From a virus, in the IMG/VR virus record IMGVR_UViG_3300020421_001669, positions 97,407-161,406 of that record: 64,000 bases of DNA; one strand, given 5' to 3'. The notes beneath the pieces were generated by a model. The model made no database searches. It was given only the letters and a program-made list of their open reading frames with translations, and was not told the origin of the DNA. Shown piece after piece: positions 57,194 through 64,000 of the stretch; the stretch's first letter is position 1; each line of letters begins with the position of its first letter. The position numbers were made by a program, and so were the translations under genes.

Positions 57194-58454
57194 ACACTAT
57201 CAAGATATTACTGACAGAAATAATGCAGTCGGTAAAGGATTTTGTGTACTCAAGTGGTGGCACTTAGAGATGCATTTGGGAACAGGGAACTATCATTCTT
57301 GTTTTCATTGTCCACAACAAAATCTAAAACTTGATGAAGACATGCATAACACCCTTCACAAAATGCAACAAAGAAAAACAATGTTGGAAGGTGGTAGACC
57401 AGATGAGTGTTCCTATTGTTGGAAGGCAGAAGATGCTGGTGCGGTAAGTCCAAGAACAACACTTACTCCAATATATCTTGACATGCAAGATGACATCATA
57501 GAAACCACATCACAATTGTCATGGGATGAATATGTCTACCCAAAATATCTTGAGATGAGTTTTTCAAATACATGTCAAATGAAATGTTCCTACTGCGCTC
57601 CATCTTTGAGTTCTACATTGTTAAAAGAAATAAAAGAAAAAGGAATATATCCATTACAGGATGCAGAGAATCGCGGTCAATATGAATTGAATGGAACAGA
57701 AGAACTTTATAAGGATGATGACAATCCTCTCATAGAAAAATTTTGGGGATGGTTTGATACCGCAGTAAATCATCTTGAGACACTAAGAATAACTGGTGGA
57801 GAACCCCTACTACACAAGAGCACATTTGATATGATGGAGAGATTAAAAAATGAAAATATTAACTTTCATGTAAACAGTAATCTGTCAATATCAAATAGAA
57901 GAGTAACCGATGCATGTAATCTTTTACCACCAAAGTCTAGGATATATGCCAGTATTGATACGCATGGCAAACAAGCGGAGTGGATTAGACACGGATTAAA
58001 CTGGGAACTGTTTGAACAAAATGTTCTCACCGTTCTTAATTATAAAATACCACTTAGTTTTATGACTACATTTTGTTTATTAAGTATACCAAAATTTAAA
58101 GACTTCTTATATTGGATTATACAAGCAAAAGAATTTGGGGATGTTACATTAGATACTCCCTTTATGACAAACCCACCACACTTATCTTGTTTGATTATGG
58201 ATGACAACTTGAGAAATATGTTAGAAGACTCATATCAATTTATGAAAGAAAATAGTGAGTTCAAACAACAAGAAGTAATCAAGTTTGAAAGAGTGCTAAA
58301 ATGGGTTGATGCAAATAGGTTCTCTGGAGAACGCCTAAATAGTCACAGAAAAGATTTTAAAACATTTGTCGATGAACATGATAAAAGAAGAAACACTAAC
58401 TGGCATGAATCGTTTCCAGAGTTGACATATTTTTATGAGTTGTGTGATGGCTGA
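57177..58454 (+). CDS. Radical SAM protein with N-terminal twitch/SPASM-like domain
   Basis: FC..KW...SCFH...ECSYCW; CQMKCSYC; GGEP. Confidence 0.9.
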   Translation: MNELAKHYQDITDRNNAVGKGFCVLKWWHLEMHLGTGNYHSCFHCPQQNLKLDEDMHNTLHKMQQRKTMLEGGRPDECSYCWKAEDAGAVSPRTTLTPIYLDMQDDIIETTSQLSWDEYVYPKYLEMSFSNTCQMKCSYCAPSLSSTLLKEIKEKGIYPLQDAENRGQYELNGTEELYKDDDNPLIEKFWGWFDTAVNHLETLRITGGEPLLHKSTFDMMERLKNENINFHVNSNLSISNRRVTDACNLLPPKSRIYASIDTHGKQAEWIRHGLNWELFEQNVLTVLNYKIPLSFMTTFCLLSIPKFKDFLYWIIQAKEFGDVTLDTPFMTNPPHLSCLIMDDNLRNMLEDSYQFMKENSEFKQQEVIKFERVLKWVDANRFSGERLNSHRKDFKTFVDEHDKRRNTNWHESFPELTYFYELCDG

Positions 58455-59835
58455 AAATAAACCCAATGAATACTGGATAGAACAACTAAAACAGAAAAGA
58501 GAAAAGATTAACGATATTAGTCCTTCCTTTTGTTCTGCTAAATGGTTGCAAACTACTCTGTACTTACAGAATGGTTATAATCACTCTTGTCACCATCCAT
58601 CACCACACAAGATACCTGTAAAGGAAGTCTTGGAAAACCCAGCAGCCCTTCACAATAGTAATTATAAGAAGGAACAGAGGGTTAAGATGTTAAATGGTGT
58701 TAGACCAAAAGAGTGTGATTATTGTTGGCGTATAGAAGACCAAGGCAAAGACCACTTCTCTGACCGACATTATAAAACTGCTGATTGGTGGTCATGGGAT
58801 AAGGTTGATGTTATTGCAAGTGATAATCCAACCAGAGATGTATATCCAACATACTTAGAAGTATCGTTTTCAAATGCATGTAATTTCGCGTGTGCATATT
58901 GTTCACCAGAGATTAGTTCCAAGTGGATGAAGGATATAGAAAAGAATGGTGACTACCCTGTTGAGTTTGGTTCTGGTAATCTTGATTATTTGCGTTCTGT
59001 AGATAAGTTTCCATACAAACACTCTGACCCAAATCCATATGTTGATGCATTTTGGAAATGGTTTCCAGAAGCACTACCCCACTTAAAAGTATTCCGAATG
59101 ACAGGTGGTGAACCCACTATGAGTAAGGATGTGTGGAAAACTTTAGATTACATATATGAAAATGCAAACCCAGAATTGTCTATCGCAATCAATAGTAACT
59201 TAGGTACACCACCAGAATTAATACAGCGACTTGTTGACGCGGTAAATAAATTAAAAGATAAAGTCAAACAAATTGAGATATATACTAGCGCAGAAGCAAT
59301 AGGAGAACAAGCAGAATATATTAGAGATGGAATGGATTATGATTATTGGCGTTCTAATGTAGAAAAAGTTTTATCAGAAACAGACGCGAATGTAGCAATT
59401 ATGACTACATTGAATATATTGAGTATGACTACATTTGAAAGTTTCATTGAAGACATAATGCAGTTAAGAATCAAATATAATAAAGATTTAGCAAATAATA
59501 GAATACCGCTAAGTATAAACTATTTAAGATTCCCCCCACATTTACAATGTACTCTATTGGATAGAAATACCAGAATATCCTATGCATCTGATTATGAACT
59601 AATAGCAAAGGTTTGGTTAAAGTATAATTCACCAGACAAGTTTGCAAGAATTTATTTGGAAGAGTATGACCAGATACAAAGGTTTTGTGAATATCTAAGA
59701 CAAGAACACGAAGGTGCTGAAAAATATAGAGCAGACTTTGTAAATTATATAAAAGCCTACGATATCAGAAGAGAGAAAAACTTTAGCAAAACTTTTCCAG
59801 AATATAAACATTTATTGGAGTGGTGGGATGCCTAA
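58447..59835 (+). CDS. Radical SAM protein with N-terminal twitch/SPASM-like domain
   Basis: FCSAKW...SCHH...ECDYCW; CNFACAYC; GGEP. Confidence 0.9.
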   Translation: MAENKPNEYWIEQLKQKREKINDISPSFCSAKWLQTTLYLQNGYNHSCHHPSPHKIPVKEVLENPAALHNSNYKKEQRVKMLNGVRPKECDYCWRIEDQGKDHFSDRHYKTADWWSWDKVDVIASDNPTRDVYPTYLEVSFSNACNFACAYCSPEISSKWMKDIEKNGDYPVEFGSGNLDYLRSVDKFPYKHSDPNPYVDAFWKWFPEALPHLKVFRMTGGEPTMSKDVWKTLDYIYENANPELSIAINSNLGTPPELIQRLVDAVNKLKDKVKQIEIYTSAEAIGEQAEYIRDGMDYDYWRSNVEKVLSETDANVAIMTTLNILSMTTFESFIEDIMQLRIKYNKDLANNRIPLSINYLRFPPHLQCTLLDRNTRISYASDYELIAKVWLKYNSPDKFARIYLEEYDQIQRFCEYLRQEHEGAEKYRADFVNYIKAYDIRREKNFSKTFPEYKHLLEWWDA

Positions 59836-60055
59836 AAAATACATTCATGTAAACATGCATAAGATTCGTGCTAATAAAAAACATGGAACAAACGAACCTG
59901 TTCTTACAGTAAAAGAGGGAAGAAAAAATACTTATGGTCACAGTGTAAAAATACATGGCCCCAGTGAAGTAATATATGGTGGAAATGATAAACCATTGTT
60001 ACCATGTGGGGCGAGAGTTGTTATAATGACAGAAGCGGAGATTGAAATTGAATAA
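59828..60055 (+). CDS. Small hypothetical protein
   Basis: IHVNMHKIRAN.K...IHGPSEVIY...CGARV. Confidence 0.7.
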   Translation: MPKKYIHVNMHKIRANKKHGTNEPVLTVKEGRKNTYGHSVKIHGPSEVIYGGNDKPLLPCGARVVIMTEAEIEIE

Positions 60056-61550
60056 AGAGTATGATTTGATAAAATATCGTAAAGATATTCTTGATACCAA
60101 GTCAACAAGTTTTTGTGGTGCGAAGTGGTATAATGCTACTACATGGTTAGGTAGTGGTACTACTGCTTCTTGTCATCACCCCCCAGCACATAAAATTCCG
60201 TTACATGAGATTGCAGCTGACCCATCTGCTATTCACAACACGCAACATAAGAAAGCAATGCGTAAGATGATGCAACGCGGAGAAAGACCGCGTGAGTGTG
60301 AGTATTGTTGGAAAGTTGAAGACATGGGAACCGATGCTGTTAGTGACAGGGTATATAAGTCAATCATATACACTAATGAAGATTTAAAGAAGGCACACGA
60401 AGCAGACCACAACGATAATACATTACTAAAAACATTTGAGATTGCATTTGACCGAACATGTAACCTTGCTTGTTCTTATTGTAACTCAAGTTTCTCTACT
60501 ACATGGGCAAAGGATATAAAGAAACATGGCCCTTATCAAAACATGGTATCAGATGGTGCAGCCGCCTTCCAACATGACGGTGCGTGGGCAGACCCATATG
60601 GTAAGAAAGAAGAGAATCCATATGTAACTGCTTTCTGGGATTGGTGGGAAGATGGACTATCGGAAAGTCTTGAAGAATTGAGAGTTACAGGTGGAGAACC
60701 TTTAATGTCTGACCAAGTATGGAAGTTGTTTGATTGGTTTGAGAATAATCCTTCTGATATGCGATTTGCAGTAAACTCTAATCTTATTGCCAAAGAAAGC
60801 ATTGTTGATAGATTGATAGAAAAATCAAAGGGTGTTAAGAAGTTTCATCTTTATACTAGTTGTGAGGCAACAGGAAAACAAGCTGAGTATATAAGGGACG
60901 GATTGGACTACGAACTCTGGACTAAAAATATAACACGATTTATTAAAGAAGGCAACTATGAAGGTATCAATATAATGATGACTATTAATAGTTTGTGTTT
61001 GTTTAGTATAACAGACTTCTTAGATGATGTATTTAAATTGAAAGAGTTAACAAAAAGTAAATCGCCAGTGTTTAGTGTAAACCTATTGAGATTTCCAAGT
61101 TTCCAAAGTCCTCTTTCATTACCAGACCATATCAAAGATTACCTTAGAGAAAATCTATCTAAGTGGTATGAAGAAAACAAAGACAGACCATATTGGCATG
61201 ACTTTGAAAAAGCAAGTGTTGAAAGGTTGATAGACTATCTAGTAATTGTTGATGCACCACACAGAAGAACTAGTGACAAAATGACTTTGTGGAGAGACTT
61301 TAAAACATTCTATGGACAGTATGATAAAAGAAGAGATAAAAGTTTGTCAGTGTTCCCAGAAATTCTTACTGATTGGGTTGATACAATCCCAGATACAGAA
61401 ACTAAACCTATTACAGTTATGCCAAGTGGTGATAGTACAGAACAATACGCGGATGACCCAGACTTGAAAAAGATTGCAGAAGAAGAAGGTTGGGTATTAA
61501 AACCAGACAATAAAAATATAGATGAGGCACTAGGAGATTACGACAAATGA
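60042..61550 (+). CDS. Radical SAM protein with N-terminal twitch/SPASM-like domain
   Basis: FCGAKW...SCHH...ECEYCW; CNLACSYC; GGEP. Confidence 0.9.
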   Translation: MKLNKEYDLIKYRKDILDTKSTSFCGAKWYNATTWLGSGTTASCHHPPAHKIPLHEIAADPSAIHNTQHKKAMRKMMQRGERPRECEYCWKVEDMGTDAVSDRVYKSIIYTNEDLKKAHEADHNDNTLLKTFEIAFDRTCNLACSYCNSSFSTTWAKDIKKHGPYQNMVSDGAAAFQHDGAWADPYGKKEENPYVTAFWDWWEDGLSESLEELRVTGGEPLMSDQVWKLFDWFENNPSDMRFAVNSNLIAKESIVDRLIEKSKGVKKFHLYTSCEATGKQAEYIRDGLDYELWTKNITRFIKEGNYEGINIMMTINSLCLFSITDFLDDVFKLKELTKSKSPVFSVNLLRFPSFQSPLSLPDHIKDYLRENLSKWYEENKDRPYWHDFEKASVERLIDYLVIVDAPHRRTSDKMTLWRDFKTFYGQYDKRRDKSLSVFPEILTDWVDTIPDTETKPITVMPSGDSTEQYADDPDLKKIAEEEGWVLKPDNKNIDEALGDYDK

Positions 61551-61987
61551 GAATACTAATATGTGGATTGCCGGGCTCTGGAAAAACTACTCTTGCGAGA
61601 GAGTTGTCATATCATTTTTGTCTGCCACATTTTAACGCAGACACAATACGAGAACATTTTAATGATTGGGATTTCTCTCCAGAAGGAAGAGAAAGACAAG
61701 CTTGGCGTTTTGCTAACGATTATCCCTTTGGGATATTTGACTTTGTTGCACCACTTGAACACTATCGAAAGTTGGTTGCAGCTGATTGTACTATCTTTAT
61801 GAACACGATAGGTGAAGGTAGATACAAAGATACAAATAAAATATTTGAACCACCACTATCGTGTGATTATGAGGTAAAAAAATGGATAGAACTAAACCAA
61901 CTACGCAGCTCCTTGGAAGGTTTCAACCGTGGCATAGAGGGCATACAGAACTATTTAAAAGAGCAATTTCCAAAACTGGTCAAGTAA
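61547..61987 (+). CDS. Adenylylsulfate (APS) kinase-like P-loop kinase
   Basis: GLPGSGKTT, NAD.IR...DWDFS.EGR.RQA, DFVAP, FEPP. Confidence 0.75.
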   Translation: MRILICGLPGSGKTTLARELSYHFCLPHFNADTIREHFNDWDFSPEGRERQAWRFANDYPFGIFDFVAPLEHYRKLVAADCTIFMNTIGEGRYKDTNKIFEPPLSCDYEVKKWIELNQLRSSLEGFNRGIEGIQNYLKEQFPKLVK

Positions 61988-62232
61988 TAATACTGTTAAG
62001 ACAAACACCGATTGATGAAAACAATCCATACACTATTGAAGATAGAAGAAGTATGATTGCTATTGCACTCAATGAATCTGGATATGTTTATGGAGAGGAC
62101 TATGAAGTTATGGGCGTACCTAATATAACACATATTACATATGGTAGAGATGTTGGATATACAATTGAAAAGGAGAACTTAGAGGAGGATATAGAAAATA
62201 TCTCAGCTACCAAAATTCGTAATGAAAGATAG
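61882..62232 (+). CDS. HxGH nucleotidyltransferase (ATP-sulfurylase/cytidylyltransferase-like)
   Basis: LGRFQPWHRGH, NPY, YGRDVGY, ISATKIR. Confidence 0.8.
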   Translation: MDRTKPTTQLLGRFQPWHRGHTELFKRAISKTGQVIILLRQTPIDENNPYTIEDRRSMIAIALNESGYVYGEDYEVMGVPNITHITYGRDVGYTIEKENLEEDIENISATKIRNER

Positions 62233-63523
62233 ACCTTACCTTTGCACCGCACCGTGGACACATACATATGTCTCCCCACAAGGAGAACGAAGGTTGTGTT
62301 GTGCTAGCAGAGAAGAGGCGTCTTTTCAAAAACAATATTTGGATAGTGGTACTGCGGAAGGAAAGTTTGAACCACAGTCCTTAAAAGAACATTGGAATAG
62401 TGACTATATGAAAGACATCCGTAAAAGGATGTTAGCAGGAGAAAAATTAAAACAATGTCAAGTATGTAACGACCAAGTTTTGAATCTACATACTTATCGT
62501 CAATATTTTACAGAGACATTGTTCCCCCATAAAGTAAAAGACATTATAGCGACTACGCGAGAAGACGGACATTATGATAAGATGCCAGTCTCGTATGATT
62601 ATCGTATTTCTAATCTATGTAACTTTAAATGTCGGATGTGTGGGGAACAATTGTCTTCTAGTTGGGAAGCAGAGAAGAAGAAACACAACCTTATTGATGT
62701 AAAACAAGACCCTTGGATGGAACCCACCACCAGAAAAAAGATATCTAAATTTCAAGATGAAATATTAGAAGAAGAGTTACAACGAGCAGTAGATAATAAA
62801 ACTATAGAGGAAATATACTGGGTTGGTGGTGAACCGTTGATGTTTGAACGACACTGGACTGTTATGCAAGAACTAGTGGATAACGGTCACGCGAAGAATG
62901 TTACTATTCGATATAACACAAACTTGAGTCGGGTAAAATACAAGGATTATAATCTGTGGGAAATGTTACCACACTTTAAAAGTGTAAACATATGTGCCAG
63001 TATTGATGGTGCATATGATGTAGGTGAATATATCAGAGATGGTTTAGTATGGAGTGAGTGGATAGAAAATTTCAAGTCTGGTATGTTTTTGATAGACCAG
63101 TTTGGGGACGATGCACTGGTGTTTGATGTTACACTTACAACGCCAGGCTTATTTCATCTTGATAAGTTGATTGATGTTGCCAGTTCTCTTGACATAAAGT
63201 CATACTTTAAATTTACATATGCATTTGACCCAAGTGTTGTTATGTCACCATTCTGTCTTCCTAAAGATGTGCTTTTACCTCAAGTTGATTCATTAATGCA
63301 ACATATAGAGGAACGACTAACATGGAAAACAAAAGTTTATAAAGATTCACTAGTTAACCTAATAAATAGAGAGTCATTTGATGAACAATGGCCTAAAACA
63401 TATAAAAACGGATTGAAACGCGGAAAAGAGTTTCAAGAATATCTTGATAATTTAAGAAATACCAAATTGAAGTTTGTTGATACTCTTCACGGTAACGCCG
63501 TGGATTGGTGGAATGAAATATGA
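62222..63523 (+). CDS. Radical SAM protein with N-terminal SPASM/twitch domain
   Basis: LCTAPW...LCC...CQVC; CNFKCRMC; GGEP. Confidence 0.9.
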   Translation: MKDRPYLCTAPWTHTYVSPQGERRLCCASREEASFQKQYLDSGTAEGKFEPQSLKEHWNSDYMKDIRKRMLAGEKLKQCQVCNDQVLNLHTYRQYFTETLFPHKVKDIIATTREDGHYDKMPVSYDYRISNLCNFKCRMCGEQLSSSWEAEKKKHNLIDVKQDPWMEPTTRKKISKFQDEILEEELQRAVDNKTIEEIYWVGGEPLMFERHWTVMQELVDNGHAKNVTIRYNTNLSRVKYKDYNLWEMLPHFKSVNICASIDGAYDVGEYIRDGLVWSEWIENFKSGMFLIDQFGDDALVFDVTLTTPGLFHLDKLIDVASSLDIKSYFKFTYAFDPSVVMSPFCLPKDVLLPQVDSLMQHIEERLTWKTKVYKDSLVNLINRESFDEQWPKTYKNGLKRGKEFQEYLDNLRNTKLKFVDTLHGNAVDWWNEI

Positions 63524-64000
63524 TATTAATAATTGCAAATTACAGAACTGGTTCTACCACATTTGCTCAAGAACTGGGTGGTACTGGTGAGGAGCATTTA
63601 CAAGACCATATTTACAAACCACCAAATAGTATTTGGGAAGATGGTAAAAAATTTTTACCTCGCCCACATGTTTATAAAATTATGCCTGACCAATTTGAAT
63701 ATGAAAAAAATTATGAATCTTTTAAAAAAGATTATATTGAAAAAGCAAAGAAAATATATTATACCTTGAGAGAAGATATAAACGCTCAAATTGAATCCAA
63801 TATGTACGCAAGTGTAACAGCTGACTGGCACCCACATGGTGTCGGTTGGAATGAACTTGCTAGTGAGGAGGAACAGGAAAAAGGAAAAAAATTTTGGGGA
63901 GAAGGTAGTGGTAATATAAAAACTTTATTTAAAAACCTTGAATGGCAAAGAAACATATACAAAGAGTTTGGTGGAGAACTGGTCTGGTTAGAAAATAGGA
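63520..64000 (+). CDS. Stf0-like sulfotransferase, runs off the window (not in ORF track)
   Basis: ATGA-coupled; MILIIANYRTGSTT (PSB loop), YKIMP, LREDINAQIES. Confidence 0.65.
   Translation, partial: MILIIANYRTGSTTFAQELGGTGEEHLQDHIYKPPNSIWEDGKKFLPRPHVYKIMPDQFEYEKNYESFKKDYIEKAKKIYYTLREDINAQIESNMYASVTADWHPHGVGWNELASEEEQEKGKKFWGEGSGNIKTLFKNLEWQRNIYKEFGGELVWLENR

Noticed and set aside
161-63425. Apparent abundance of CGCG
   Set aside because: My by-eye count (about 85) is close to the simple base-composition expectation. A Markov-model test is needed before claiming enrichment.
408-63837. Many short antisense or out-of-frame ORFs in the track (e.g. 1003-1458, 10311-10850, 32012-32761, 49876-50328, 53169-53765, 63533-63769)
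   Set aside because: They are shadows of well-supported genes, with no SD or motifs. 63533-63769 is out of frame with the real sulfotransferase-like ORF starting at 63520.
1-64000. Stop-codon reassignment, or introns/inteins in nrdA, nrdB, gp41 or gp43
   Set aside because: Core genes are full length and uninterrupted under code 11, all three stop codons are used, and there is no suppressor tRNA.

Overview
A 64-kb segment of a large, AT-rich, T4-like (myovirus) phage genome. The host is probably a marine Gram-negative proteobacterium, inferred from two-component spanins, IHF sites, a TonB-dependent receptor and the absence of photosynthesis genes. Core T4-type genes are present: gp43 polymerase (5'-truncated), uvsX, gp41 helicase, gp61 primase, RNase H, endonuclease VII, thyX, nrdA/nrdB and dCMP deaminase. 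They are interleaved with lysis genes, a TATAAATA late-promoter block of probable capsid-packaged polyproteins, early-gene islands, a tRNA/ncRNA locus, a minus-strand trio of exported proteins, and a terminal island of modification enzymes (desaturase, 2OG oxygenase, GNAT, methyltransferase, UDP-glucose dehydrogenase, four radical SAM paralogues, a PAPS-type kinase/nucleotidyltransferase pair and a sulfotransferase). The strongest signals not explained by ordinary annotation are: (1) a ~100-nt-period array of three covarying H-type pseudoknots behind a non-canonical tRNA-Gly, with no adjacent toxin, which is a candidate antitoxin-mimic or anti-defence RNA; (2) four early promoters, each with a perfect IHF site and GATC in or next to the -10 box, although GATC is nearly purged elsewhere, which suggests a methylation-gated switch; (3) CCNGG, GGNCC and CCGG sites that survive only when they overlap GGC/GCC, which implies a context-specific DNA modification; (4) an unannotated 16-aa, 8-Cys micropeptide. 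All motif counts were made by eye and need computational confirmation.
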